64,000 nt of DNA from Bacteroidia bacterium. Its GTDB lineage: Bacteria > Bacteroidota > Bacteroidia > Bacteroidales > GCA-2748055. Made by a program: the position numbers and the translations under genes. Of the stretch, positions 19,034 to 29,038 are shown piece after piece. Where the stretch lies: NCBI GenBank assembly GCA_030639005.1, contig DAOWDN010000013.1, forward strand, positions 13,453 to 77,452, given 5' to 3'. Below the pieces are notes generated by a model, which was given only the letters and a program-made list of their open reading frames with translations, ran no database searches and was not told the DNA's origin. The number at the start of each line of letters is the position of its first letter. Within the stretch, counting starts at the first letter, position 1.

Positions 19034-20390
19034 TAGTTTTCAAACCAGTATACTGACCAGGATCATTTTGCTAGTGGTTAATTTGATGGCCCTTTCTTAT
19101 CTAATTATCCGGCAGGAACGTTTTTTTACTATCATTTTCCTGGCCCTTCTGGTCGTCATTCAGATCATCCTGTTGTTTCTCTACCTGAACAGAACCAATC
19201 GAAACCTGGCCAGGTTCTTATTGCTTCTAACCCATGAGGATACCTCTGTGATCCAGTGGAAGGAGAAAGTGGAAAAGACCTTTCGCGGACTTCATCACAG
19301 TTTCAGGAAGGTGAATGAAGAGATTAACCGGATCAGGATGGAGAAGGAGAAAGGGTCCATTCTGCTGGAAGGAATCATTCAGCACATGGAGGCCGGGATC
19401 ATAGTCATGGATGAATCGGGCCTCATTGAAGTGATTAATGTTCCTGCAATGCAGGCTCTGGGGATAAACCGGCTTGAACACGTCGATGAACTGGATAGCC
19501 TTCAGGAAGGGATGTCAGGTCTTTTATCCGGTATGAGATTTGATTCAGGGAATGTGATAGCCTACCGGAGAGCCGGTCAGGAAGAGTCCCATTTACTTGT
19601 CAGGGTTTCTTTGTTGAAGCTGGAGGACCGGACCCTGAAGATTTATTCCATACAGGATATCAGGACTCAACTGGAAGCCAATGAGATAGAATCGTGGCAA
19701 AAGATGACCAGAGTGCTTTCCCACGAGATATCCAACTCAGTTACTCCCATATCTACCCTGGGCGATGGAATTCACATGAAGCTAAAGCAGGGTCGGTATG
19801 ACAAAGGAGGCAGGTTGATCATTGGAAAAGATGCAGCAAAGGATCTTCTTCATGGCTCTGACTTAATCCAGCAGCGAAGCAATGCCCTGGTAGAGTTTAT
19901 GGAGCACTATAAGAACTTTTCAAGGTTGCCTGATCCGGTACCGGGAAAGATTGTATTATCTGACTTTTTTGAAGCTCTTGAACTGTTGTTCAGGGAAGAT
20001 ATGAAGAAGGCAGGGATCAGGTTTGAATTCGAACTGGCCGATCCGACTCTTGCGATCCGTGGAGATCAGAATCTAATCGAACAGGCATTCATTAACCTGG
20101 TACGGAATTCTATAGAGGCACTGGAGGGTCGTAATGACGGCTTTGTACAGATCAAAGCAGCAAAACAACAGAACCTTCATGTAAGCCTGGAGGTCCATGA
20201 CAACGGACCGGGTATTTCACCGGAGATACAGTCCCAGGTTTTCACACCGTTTTTTACCACCAAATCCGGAGGGACAGGGATCGGTATGAGCATCGTCAGG
20301 AAAATTGTGGTAATGAGTGGCGGCACCATCACCATCAATTCAGAATCCGGACACGGAACCGATGTGACAGTGAGCTTGTCTCTGTACTAA
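19023..20390 (+). CDS. Sensor histidine kinase (NtrB/AtoS-like), membrane-anchored
   Basis: Two N-terminal TM helices. H-box is LSHEISNSVTPI, with N box LVRNSIEA, G1 HDNGPGI and G2 GGTGIGMSIV. It overlaps the regulator gene by 11 nt. Confidence 0.85.
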   Translation: MVYNSFQTSILTRIILLVVNLMALSYLIIRQERFFTIIFLALLVVIQIILLFLYLNRTNRNLARFLLLLTHEDTSVIQWKEKVEKTFRGLHHSFRKVNEEINRIRMEKEKGSILLEGIIQHMEAGIIVMDESGLIEVINVPAMQALGINRLEHVDELDSLQEGMSGLLSGMRFDSGNVIAYRRAGQEESHLLVRVSLLKLEDRTLKIYSIQDIRTQLEANEIESWQKMTRVLSHEISNSVTPISTLGDGIHMKLKQGRYDKGGRLIIGKDAAKDLLHGSDLIQQRSNALVEFMEHYKNFSRLPDPVPGKIVLSDFFEALELLFREDMKKAGIRFEFELADPTLAIRGDQNLIEQAFINLVRNSIEALEGRNDGFVQIKAAKQQNLHVSLEVHDNGPGISPEIQSQVFTPFFTTKSGGTGIGMSIVRKIVVMSGGTITINSESGHGTDVTVSLSLY

Positions 20391-20404
20391 ACCTGTGTTA
20401 AGAT

Positions 20405-21550
20405 CTAGTTGATGGCGGGAATGATGTAGGTATTGAGCAGACGTTCCGGGGTGCTCCACTGGAGATCATCACCTTCCTCAAATCTGTTATTGAAAACCAC
20501 CACAAGGTTGTGTTCAGGTACTATCATGATCCATTGTCCACCATAGCCAACAGCTGAGTAGAGCCCAAAATCACTTACCCAGAACTGGTATCCATAGTAG
20601 TTGTCCGGAATGTATTTTCTGGGCATATGTTTTTGTTGGGAGGTTTCTATCCAAGTTTCTGGGACGATCTGTTCCCCATCCCATTTTCCGTTTTTCAGGT
20701 AGAGGTAGCCGAACCTGGCCATGTCGCGTGGCGTCAAGCGCACCCCCGATCCGCCGAAAGCAATATCCTCATCATTTATGGGCCAGTAGTACTCATCAAT
20801 GCCCAGTGGGGTGAGTAGATTTTGAAGGGCAAACGAATCGGTTCGGATCCCGGTCACCTCCTGCACCATTCCTGAAAGCACAAGCGAGATTCCCGAGTTA
20901 TAACTGAACTCCTCACCCGGTGCATAAATGGTGGTCTGGTCAAGCACAAATCCTACCCTGTACCCGTCATCGGCCCATTGCCTGTAGGAGTTCCTGTCGT
21001 CGTCATAAGGAAAATCCATTTCATACCATTCCAACCCGGCACTCATGGTGAGCAGGTGATGCAGGCTGATGTTCTCTTTGTCTGCTGAAAGGTTTTGAAA
21101 TTCATGATCCGAAAAGTACTCTGTCATCTTATCGTCCACACTCCTGATCAGGCCTCTCTCCAGTGCAATCCCAATCATGGCCGAGATAAGGCTTTTTGTG
21201 CAGGAATAGATGCGGTGAAGATCATCCTGACCATAATCGTCGGAATAGTATTGCTCCGCAACGATATACCCGTCTTTCACCACCAAAATGCTTTGGAACT
21301 CAATATGCATCTCCAGCAGCAACCTGATCTCTTCATTGAGCTCTTTCAGTTTTTTTGGATCCATCCCCACCTCTTCCGGATCACATTTTTTCCATGCTTC
21401 GGTGGGCCAGTAAGCTCCCTGGTAGTCACCGGTGGAGATGAAATCGGATGCAGGGAATATGGGATGGTCATCATACTTTTCACATCCCGATGAATGGGAG
21501 AGGAGCAGCATGGCGACCATCAGCAGGATGATATGTTTCAAAGTCTTCAT
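20405..21550 (-). CDS. Serine hydrolase (beta-lactamase/transpeptidase-like family), secreted lipoprotein
   Basis: Lipoprotein signal (LLSHSSGC), SxxK motif (SCTKS) and a YxN-like FSYNSG. It starts 3 nt after the TonB-receptor stop. Confidence 0.85.
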   Translation of the reverse strand: MKTLKHIILLMVAMLLLSHSSGCEKYDDHPIFPASDFISTGDYQGAYWPTEAWKKCDPEEVGMDPKKLKELNEEIRLLLEMHIEFQSILVVKDGYIVAEQYYSDDYGQDDLHRIYSCTKSLISAMIGIALERGLIRSVDDKMTEYFSDHEFQNLSADKENISLHHLLTMSAGLEWYEMDFPYDDDRNSYRQWADDGYRVGFVLDQTTIYAPGEEFSYNSGISLVLSGMVQEVTGIRTDSFALQNLLTPLGIDEYYWPINDEDIAFGGSGVRLTPRDMARFGYLYLKNGKWDGEQIVPETWIETSQQKHMPRKYIPDNYYGYQFWVSDFGLYSAVGYGGQWIMIVPEHNLVVVFNNRFEEGDDLQWSTPERLLNTYIIPAIN

Positions 21551-21553
21551 GGT

Positions 21554-24175
21554 CTAGAACTGTATTCTGTAAGTTAGAAACAATAGAAAGGGATTCTGAT
21601 ACTCAGCATAGAAGTCATCGATGTTGTTATCCCAATATTCGGTACGCATGTTTTGGCGGTTCAGAACATTCAACAGATCCACAGTCCACTCGCCTGTGTA
21701 CCTGGGTCGGTTTCTCCTGAATTTTATCATAAGATCGATCCGGAAATAATCCGACACCTTTTCGCTGAAACCATTGTCCCATAGTCTGACAGTGGACCGG
21801 GTGGCAATGGAGGCCTCTCTGTCGATGGGCAGATATCGCATTCCTCCTGCAAAGATATACCTGGAGCTGATCCCAAAGGTGTGCTGTTTGCCGCTCCCTA
21901 TTTTGAACTCCTTACCGATGAGTCCGTTGGAAGCATAAGAACCATTGTACTTGCTATTGAGCAACTCTCCCAGTTTGTTTTCATATTTTGAATCATAGAT
22001 GGTTCCATTTAACATAAAATGGAATCCATTGGTCATATACCTCTCCAGTGATACCTCGAACCCTGTGTTGTAACCCGAGCCATAGTTGGTGAGGATATTT
22101 CCTTCGAATCCAAAATCGAAGTTCTGAGTGGAAAAATAGGGAGGGAAGGGATAAGCAGGTATATCGTAAAGGTCCTGGTAATAGGCTTCAGTTTTCAGAT
22201 GCATATGCTGACCCATCCTGTAATTGTACGCCAGTACATAGTGCCTCGCTTTTGATAACTCCAAATCCATGTTCGGATTGATCACAACGCCATCATGTAG
22301 CGTGAACTCGCCGGTATAGAGGGTCATAGACTCTTTCCTGCTGTGGATTCCGAAACCGGCGCTGATTGTATGCCGTGGATGTAAGTTCCACTGCAGTCCC
22401 AGCCGGGGTTCAACGGAAAAATTATTATTGAGGTAGAACTGGATAAAATGCATACCGGTGTTCACAGTAAATGTTTCGCCAATTCGATACCTCCAGTTTG
22501 CAAAAGCTTGCAGAGTTCCAGCGTGTTCAGAGCCATCCACATAAATGTGTTCGTAGTTCTGGATTTGATAAGCGGGGTTCACCGGATCGGAAAACCAGTT
22601 GAACAGGGTGTCGGAATACCAGCTCATGTGGGAATCGTTCCAAGCCATTTCATAAATGATACCGGCTTTCAGTTTATGCCTGTTACTGATTTTTCGGTTC
22701 ACTACGAAGGAGCCCTTGGCCGTGTAGTCAGCAATGTTGGTAGTCCAGATCCGGTTGATGGGCGATTCTGCTGTCCCGATATTCACATCACTGTCCCAGG
22801 TGTAGGTCCTGCCCGAAACGGCAAGCACAGTTCGCAAATGGGTCTTTGGATTTACGGTGAGGCTATTGGTGATTCCTACTGTGGCCATGTCGGAATTCTG
22901 TTCATAACCGCTGGCTCCGGTTTCATGGCTAAGTCCCCCGATACCAAACAAGGTGAAAACTCCCAGCTTCTTTGTGGGGTGGTAGATTTTGAAAGATAGG
23001 TCCTGAAAATCTGGGACACTCTGCAGGTTTACCCCAAATTTCTGAATGATTTTCAGGGTACTGTAACGGTACTGTGCAATGTAGGTGGTGTTAGTTTTTT
23101 TATTTATGGGGCCCTCTATCATGGCTTCGGTTCCCAGCAGACCAATCTGGAAGGTTGTCTCATGCTTTTCGTTGTTGCCCGAACGCAAGCGAAGATCAAA
23201 CACTCCGGACAGCGCATTGCCATATTCTGAAGGAAAGGCCCCGGTCAGGAAATCGGAATTTGCCAGCATGTTGTTACTAACCACATTGACCCCACCTCCT
23301 GAGGCACCTATGTCTGAAAAGTGATTCAGATTTGGAATCTCGATACCTTCCAGGCGCCATTGAAGGCCTTTGGGACTATTGCCACGGATCACAATGTGGT
23401 TCTGTCCGTCGTTGGTAGAGACCACACCCGGGAATGAAACCGCAGCACGTGAAATGTCTGATAGCGATCCCGGATAATTCTCAACCTCATAGGCGGAAAA
23501 ACTTCTTCCACTCACCACCGACAATTCGTTGATGGGAAGCGATCTCTCTTTCCGGGATGTAATTTTCACCTCAGAGATGGCGTATACAGACTCCTCCATC
23601 TCCAGATTGGCCACAAACTCCTTTCCCGTAGTAACCTGGAAATTAGACAGGGTCTTCGATTCATATCCTATGTAGGAACACTGAATGTTGTGTCTCCCCA
23701 CTTGAACATCATTAAATCTGAAGTATCCGCTCTCATCGGTAGTGGTCCCTTCTTCGGGCTCTTCTGATCCCAACAGAACATTGGCTCCCACCAGTGGCAG
23801 TTTCGTATCCAGATCGAGGATCCTGCCCTTTACAGTTTGCTTAGGTTTCTCTTTTGGTGGTTTCGATGGAGGGACAATAAGGATCTTATTTCCTTTTTCA
23901 ACATAGGTAAGGGAATCATCCTTGAACATATCCTCCAGGTGTTCCCGCACACTTCTTTTCCCCTCTGTGACATGATAGATTCGCTCGACAGGTACCTCGC
24001 GGCCATAGCTAAAAGTAAAACCGCCGGTAGTCTCCATGGCCGAAAGCATGAAATGGATGGTCACTGTTTGCTCCCTGAATCGAACTTCTGAATCCAGGAT
24101 ACTGGTCTGTGCCCGGGCAGGCTGGAACACCAGTGCAAGCAAGAAGACAATTCCTATGGAGGTCCACGGTTTCAT
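21554..24175 (-). CDS. TonB-dependent receptor with N-terminal signalling (STN-like) and carboxypeptidase-regulatory-like domains
   Basis: Signal peptide, an N-terminal extension, a CarboxypepD_reg-like block (VKGRILDLDTKLPLVGANVLL), plug and barrel, and a C-terminal aromatic residue (TYRIQF). It follows a FecR gene. Confidence 0.85.
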   Translation of the reverse strand: MKPWTSIGIVFLLALVFQPARAQTSILDSEVRFREQTVTIHFMLSAMETTGGFTFSYGREVPVERIYHVTEGKRSVREHLEDMFKDDSLTYVEKGNKILIVPPSKPPKEKPKQTVKGRILDLDTKLPLVGANVLLGSEEPEEGTTTDESGYFRFNDVQVGRHNIQCSYIGYESKTLSNFQVTTGKEFVANLEMEESVYAISEVKITSRKERSLPINELSVVSGRSFSAYEVENYPGSLSDISRAAVSFPGVVSTNDGQNHIVIRGNSPKGLQWRLEGIEIPNLNHFSDIGASGGGVNVVSNNMLANSDFLTGAFPSEYGNALSGVFDLRLRSGNNEKHETTFQIGLLGTEAMIEGPINKKTNTTYIAQYRYSTLKIIQKFGVNLQSVPDFQDLSFKIYHPTKKLGVFTLFGIGGLSHETGASGYEQNSDMATVGITNSLTVNPKTHLRTVLAVSGRTYTWDSDVNIGTAESPINRIWTTNIADYTAKGSFVVNRKISNRHKLKAGIIYEMAWNDSHMSWYSDTLFNWFSDPVNPAYQIQNYEHIYVDGSEHAGTLQAFANWRYRIGETFTVNTGMHFIQFYLNNNFSVEPRLGLQWNLHPRHTISAGFGIHSRKESMTLYTGEFTLHDGVVINPNMDLELSKARHYVLAYNYRMGQHMHLKTEAYYQDLYDIPAYPFPPYFSTQNFDFGFEGNILTNYGSGYNTGFEVSLERYMTNGFHFMLNGTIYDSKYENKLGELLNSKYNGSYASNGLIGKEFKIGSGKQHTFGISSRYIFAGGMRYLPIDREASIATRSTVRLWDNGFSEKVSDYFRIDLMIKFRRNRPRYTGEWTVDLLNVLNRQNMRTEYWDNNIDDFYAEYQNPFLLFLTYRIQF

Positions 24176-24182
24176 ATATACT

Positions 24183-25142
24183 CTATTCAGGTAAGGAAAA
24201 AATTACTTTTTCATCTTCATAGCTGTATTCCAGTCCCAATACCATGGATATTTCATCCAGGACACTTTCCATATCCTGGTTATCCAGGGTTGAGGTGAAC
24301 GATAGTTCCTCATGGACACTCTTGTGAAGGACGATTTCTATCTCATAATGTGCCTGAAGTTGCCTGAAGACCTCCGCGATGTTTTCATGGTCAAAAATGA
24401 GCTTCCCTGTCTTCCAGCTCAGGAAATTCCTGTCCACTGTATCGTCTCGTATGACACTACCCTCAGTTAGAGTTGCCTGTTCATCTTTTACCAGGATGAT
24501 TTCATCAGATCGATCTAAACTGGATGAAAAGGCCACCCTGCCTTCTATGACCTGAACTGAAATTGATTCACCGGATTCGTTCGTACTGATATTAAAGGAA
24601 GTTCCCAGGACCCGTATCAGGGCTCTCTGATCCACATCCACTATGAAAGGTAAGGCAGGATTGCTGACTACCTCGAAGAAGGCCTCACCTATGAGCTTCA
24701 ACTCCCTTTGCCTGCGTCTGAATTTCTCAGGATAGATCAGCTTTGTCTGTTTATTCAATGTGACCGAGGATCCATCCGGAAGCAACACCTCCTTCATTTG
24801 ATCTCCCGATTGTACAGCAATCATATCAGGTGTGAGGTCCAGGTACTTTTGTGCCAGGAACCCCACTCCCAGGAGCAGGATGACGGCAGCAGCCGTCCGC
24901 CAGACCGGATTGAAGATCCTCGAAGCTGAGCTTCGAGGAATCTTCGATCCATTTCTTATTTTTAATGGTGCTCGCTTACCCCGCAGTAGAGCTACGGGGA
25001 ATGCGCAAGCGGGATTCAGTCGTCTGGATTTTTCATATCCAATTCTCCCCCGAACCTTTTGCCAGTCCTCCTCTATGTCAATGGACTGGAAGGTTCCCAG
25101 GTTGTTGAATAAGTGTTCTTCAAAGTCTTTTTTAGGTTTCAT
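24183..25142 (-). CDS. FecR family anti-sigma factor / transmembrane sensor
   Basis: One central TM helix (AAAVILLLGVGFLA) and a FecR-like periplasmic domain (LIGEAFFEV..., VLGTSFNI). It sits between an ECF sigma gene and a TonB receptor gene. Confidence 0.85.
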   Translation of the reverse strand: MKPKKDFEEHLFNNLGTFQSIDIEEDWQKVRGRIGYEKSRRLNPACAFPVALLRGKRAPLKIRNGSKIPRSSASRIFNPVWRTAAAVILLLGVGFLAQKYLDLTPDMIAVQSGDQMKEVLLPDGSSVTLNKQTKLIYPEKFRRRQRELKLIGEAFFEVVSNPALPFIVDVDQRALIRVLGTSFNISTNESGESISVQVIEGRVAFSSSLDRSDEIILVKDEQATLTEGSVIRDDTVDRNFLSWKTGKLIFDHENIAEVFRQLQAHYEIEIVLHKSVHEELSFTSTLDNQDMESVLDEISMVLGLEYSYEDEKVIFSLPE

Positions 25143-25199
25143 GGTCCTGTGGTTTCTAATTACAGGACAACCGGGAGCAGGAATGCACGTAGTTGTAAA

Positions 25200-25733
25200 T
25201 TAATAATCCAGTTTTTCCCTCAGGACTTTTAGTGCATTGGAGATTTGAGTCTCTACCGTTCGTTTGGATATCTCCAGCTGTTCGGCTATCTCTCCATTGG
25301 AGAGACCGGAAACTCTGCTCATGTTGAATATCCTCCTGCACTGGGGCGGTAGTTGATCTACCACTTTGAAAATCATATGCTCCAGTTCGGTTTCTCTGAT
25401 TTTGTCTTCGAGGTTTTCAGAGAAATTTTGTTCAGGTTTCATCCGGTCGTGGTGCATCTTTTGCACCTGCTGATGTTTTATCTGGTTCAGGCACCGGTTC
25501 CTTACTGACTGGTACAGGTATGATTTAATTGAAGTTGTAATCACCAGGGTTTTGCGTTTCTCATACAGGTGAACGAACAGATCCTGAACTATCTCTTTGG
25601 CAGTTTCAAGATCGTGGACATAGCTGTTGGCGAATACCGATAGTGGCTGGTAAAATTCCTTGAAAAGCTGGTCATATGCACTTTCACGACCCGATCGGAG
25701 GCCTTTGATCATATGAATTTCACTGTTCTTCAA
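25200..25733 (-). CDS. ECF-type RNA polymerase sigma-70 factor
   Basis: 177 aa. Region 2 is AKEIVQDLFVHLYEK...YLYQSVRNRCLN and region 4 HTH is SNGEIAEQLEISKRTVETQISNALKVLRE. Confidence 0.9.
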   Translation of the reverse strand: MKNSEIHMIKGLRSGRESAYDQLFKEFYQPLSVFANSYVHDLETAKEIVQDLFVHLYEKRKTLVITTSIKSYLYQSVRNRCLNQIKHQQVQKMHHDRMKPEQNFSENLEDKIRETELEHMIFKVVDQLPPQCRRIFNMSRVSGLSNGEIAEQLEISKRTVETQISNALKVLREKLDY

Positions 25734-25837
25734 GAAGCCTGGTTATTTCTATGGAACCAGTGAAAGTTACGAAATCGAGTGACTTATTTACTCAGATTCT
25801 CTGATAATTGTCAGAAGTAATGTAAGTAGGCTGGAGC

Positions 25838-28690
25838 TTACTGATCGGCATGTTGCTTAGCCCTGGATCTCCTGAATTGCATGTACAACATGAATCCTAT
25901 AAACACTGTGATCACAATCATCCAGTAAGCAAATCCCGATTTACTGTAGATGGGACTGCTGTCGCCAAGAACCACGAAACCCGACCAGAAATAGGGATTT
26001 GAGGTAAGGTCGTCTGCCAGTTCCAGATAGTCGATTTTAGCGAGCCGCATGGCCTCCTGTTTACTTTTTCCTTTTTTAAGATATTTATAAAAGGAGGTCA
26101 TCAGTTCTGAACTGGATTTATCAGCAACCTGCCAGAGAGTCATAACGATGGAAGGGCATCCTGCATAAATGAATCCCCTTGCCAGGCTCATCATTCCTTC
26201 CCCCTTCTGCATTTTGCCAAAGCCGCTGTTACAGGAGCTTAATACCGCCATCTCGGCGTTCAGCTTCAGATTGTAAATCTCATAGGCATACAGCTTGTTG
26301 TCTTCAATGGTATCTCCCAGTTCAACATTGGAGAAGGCCAGCAATGAATAGAGGGGATCATCGTCCCTCATAATGGTGTGCATGGCCAGGTGTAAGACAT
26401 TGTAATCTGAGGCGTACTTCTTAAAATTGGCTTCGGTGGCCCGTTCATTAATAAAAACATCTGAAGGAACTGTTTCGTCGATGCTCTGCACCTCCTTAAG
26501 GGTCCCCACCAGGGGCACCATGTATTTTCCATCTCCTATGACCTGGCGCATCAGTATGGAGTCCAGTTCATATACCGGATTGTTGTACATGGGAGCAAAA
26601 GCAAGAACCTTGTTCTGGGGAGACTTTGATTTCAGCCGTTTGCTGAACATTAAGGTCGATGAGTGTGAATAACCGATCGAATACTCTTTGATTATGTAGG
26701 GCAGGGTCATGTAGTTGATGTATTCTGTATCCGTAGCCTCCATCACAAGACTTTCAAAGGGAATATAGGTGATGGCTCCGTCAGGTACTATGGTCAGGTT
26801 CTTCCGGTCGGTATATTCAAGACATGGTTCCACTAGAATCTTGTAAAACTTTTGACCCAGCTCCACAAATTTTTTATACGAATCGTGCACCCCTCCACTA
26901 AAATTCTGGTTTTGCAGAATCAGGTAATATTCGAGACATTCATTTGCAAATTCAGGTTCAACCGTCTGAGAGAACACATTGATCCCTTTCCGGTCGATCA
27001 CGTAGGTAATCAGCAATGTATCTGAAAGTACATATTCAATCAACGCATCCCTGTAGGGTAACTGATCCTGTATATCCTCCAGGGTAACAAATTTCGGATT
27101 GTATTTCAATTCATAATACTTTGCATTGTTCTGTTCTATTTCCTGTTTCAGATCATTATAGTCATCCTTAAGGTGGAACAACTTTTCCTTTAGAGATTCA
27201 ATTTGCCCGTTATCAGGATCCTCAGAAATTTGTTGTTTATAAAGGAATTCTTCGTATGCCTGAATTTCACCAACGATGCGGTTTTCCTTTTCCCTGATAT
27301 CTACTGGAAGGTCAGAGAACTGCATAGCTTCGATCTCTTTAATTTCGCTATACAACGCAAAAGATTTACTAGTTTCTGCAAACTTAAAAGATTGATTTAA
27401 GTACTCTGTGTTACCTGTCTGTTCATATAGCAACTTAGCTACATACACTGCCTCGAAATATATTTCAAGGACTTGAGATGTTGCGAAAAGTTTACTGTTC
27501 TCATCACCCATTGCTAACTTCATATAATTTACAGTTTCAATGGCCCTTTTGTATGATTCGTATGATGCAGTTAGGTTCTCAAATAGGTTTGATTGCCTAT
27601 ACTGTTCCAGTAATATCTTACTTTTTAATACGTATAGGTCTGGCAATGTAGTTGTATACTCATTTCTCTCTGCAATACTATTGTCTCCAAATGATAAGCT
27701 TTGTAAAAAGCCTTGAAGATTTTCAATACCAATATTTACTATTTTCAGTGCTTTCTCCAGATCTCCTAATCTTTGATGAATTGATGCAGAGCGATAGATT
27801 ATATCTGAGTGGAAGGTAATTTTACCTTTTGTTGATGATGGATCTAATGATTCAATATATAAGATCGCATTATCACATTCTTTTAGTCCTTGTTGGTACC
27901 TCCCATATAGAATATAAAAGTCAATATATGCATAGTAGAAAATCATCATTTGGTTAATATATTCGCTAATATCTTCTTGTTCATCAATGATTCTCTGAGC
28001 TTCCGAGAAATGGTATAGTGCTTGTTGGTAATTATCTAGCTGCGAGTAGGAGGTTCCATTTGTTATATGCAACCTATGTTCTAAAAAAGGATCATCATTG
28101 ATACTTGGAATGTCTATTAAAGACATTTTCTCTTCAGCTAATTCGTATAATTCTAGCTCTAATAAAAGTTTTATGTAGTTAGAGTAGACAAAAGTAAAAT
28201 CAGGATCTGATTGATACCCATTATTAATTAAAAAGTCAATAGAGTATTCATAATATTCTTTTGTCCTATAATAGTCTCCTTTCTCTTTATAAATGTTGCC
28301 TTTATTATGATATAATCTGCCAAATGCTTTGTGATTCGGACTATGCTTTTTTAGGATTTGTTCGGCATTATTATAACAATTAAGAGCTGCATCATTGTCG
28401 TGAATTCTCCTATAAAAGGAAGCTAGTGAAATATAGTTATTTGCTACTCTATCATCTATCTCATAATCACTTGTAGTATAAGCAAGATCAATAGCTTTTT
28501 TTAAGAAGTATTCCGCTGAATCTAAATTAATGTTGTATAGAATGTATTCATATCCCTTAAATCCATATTCCCAGATTAATAGAATATCTGTTGAATCCTT
28601 TCTAGGCTCTTCCTGTGATTGGGCAGGTAAGTAAGGGAAGGCCAGAAGCAGAATTACAATTGTATATCTAATGCTGGAAATTGTAATCAT
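25838..28690 (-). CDS. TPR-repeat / CHAT-domain protein with C-terminal TM helix
   Basis: Signal peptide, then about 500 aa of TPR-like repeats. The C-terminal CHAT block contains HLAMHT and LSSCNSGFGKMQKGEGMMSLARGFIYAGCPSIVMTLWQV (His/Cys dyad context). A final TM helix is present. Confidence 0.85.
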   Translation of the reverse strand: MITISSIRYTIVILLLAFPYLPAQSQEEPRKDSTDILLIWEYGFKGYEYILYNINLDSAEYFLKKAIDLAYTTSDYEIDDRVANNYISLASFYRRIHDNDAALNCYNNAEQILKKHSPNHKAFGRLYHNKGNIYKEKGDYYRTKEYYEYSIDFLINNGYQSDPDFTFVYSNYIKLLLELELYELAEEKMSLIDIPSINDDPFLEHRLHITNGTSYSQLDNYQQALYHFSEAQRIIDEQEDISEYINQMMIFYYAYIDFYILYGRYQQGLKECDNAILYIESLDPSSTKGKITFHSDIIYRSASIHQRLGDLEKALKIVNIGIENLQGFLQSLSFGDNSIAERNEYTTTLPDLYVLKSKILLEQYRQSNLFENLTASYESYKRAIETVNYMKLAMGDENSKLFATSQVLEIYFEAVYVAKLLYEQTGNTEYLNQSFKFAETSKSFALYSEIKEIEAMQFSDLPVDIREKENRIVGEIQAYEEFLYKQQISEDPDNGQIESLKEKLFHLKDDYNDLKQEIEQNNAKYYELKYNPKFVTLEDIQDQLPYRDALIEYVLSDTLLITYVIDRKGINVFSQTVEPEFANECLEYYLILQNQNFSGGVHDSYKKFVELGQKFYKILVEPCLEYTDRKNLTIVPDGAITYIPFESLVMEATDTEYINYMTLPYIIKEYSIGYSHSSTLMFSKRLKSKSPQNKVLAFAPMYNNPVYELDSILMRQVIGDGKYMVPLVGTLKEVQSIDETVPSDVFINERATEANFKKYASDYNVLHLAMHTIMRDDDPLYSLLAFSNVELGDTIEDNKLYAYEIYNLKLNAEMAVLSSCNSGFGKMQKGEGMMSLARGFIYAGCPSIVMTLWQVADKSSSELMTSFYKYLKKGKSKQEAMRLAKIDYLELADDLTSNPYFWSGFVVLGDSSPIYSKSGFAYWMIVITVFIGFMLYMQFRRSRAKQHADQ

Positions 28691-28918
28691 TGGTAATTAT
28701 TAAGAGTATAAATGAAAGAATTAATAGCATATGAAGCAAGAAATATAATTAATTTAATAAAAATGGCATATGCACAACATTCACAAAAACAGACAGATAC
28801 AAAGGTTGATAAATTATTCTTGAAATAAGTTCATTTTTCTGGGTAACGTTTCATGCTTTTCTGGAATTAACACTTGAAAACAAGAACAAACTTAGGTTGA
28901 ACCCCTAATTGAAAAGCC

Positions 28919-29038
28919 ATGAAAACTGTAGATTTTAAATCCTTCGCAAAAGATGCTATCCAGGAAAAAGAATTGAACTACCTCAAAGGAGGGAAAGGAG
29001 ATCCTGTAGATGATTTGCTAGATCCCCAAAGGAACTAG
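28919..29038 (+). CDS. Possible small secreted-peptide precursor with double-glycine-type leader (39 aa)
   Basis: Translation by hand gives MKTVDFKSFAKDAIQEKELNYLKGG/KGDPVDDLLDPQRN. The ...ELxxLKGG end resembles double-glycine leaders of Bacteroidota small peptides. It is too short for the ORF track, and no promoter box or processing gene was seen. Confidence 0.35.
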   Translation: MKTVDFKSFAKDAIQEKELNYLKGGKGDPVDDLLDPQRN

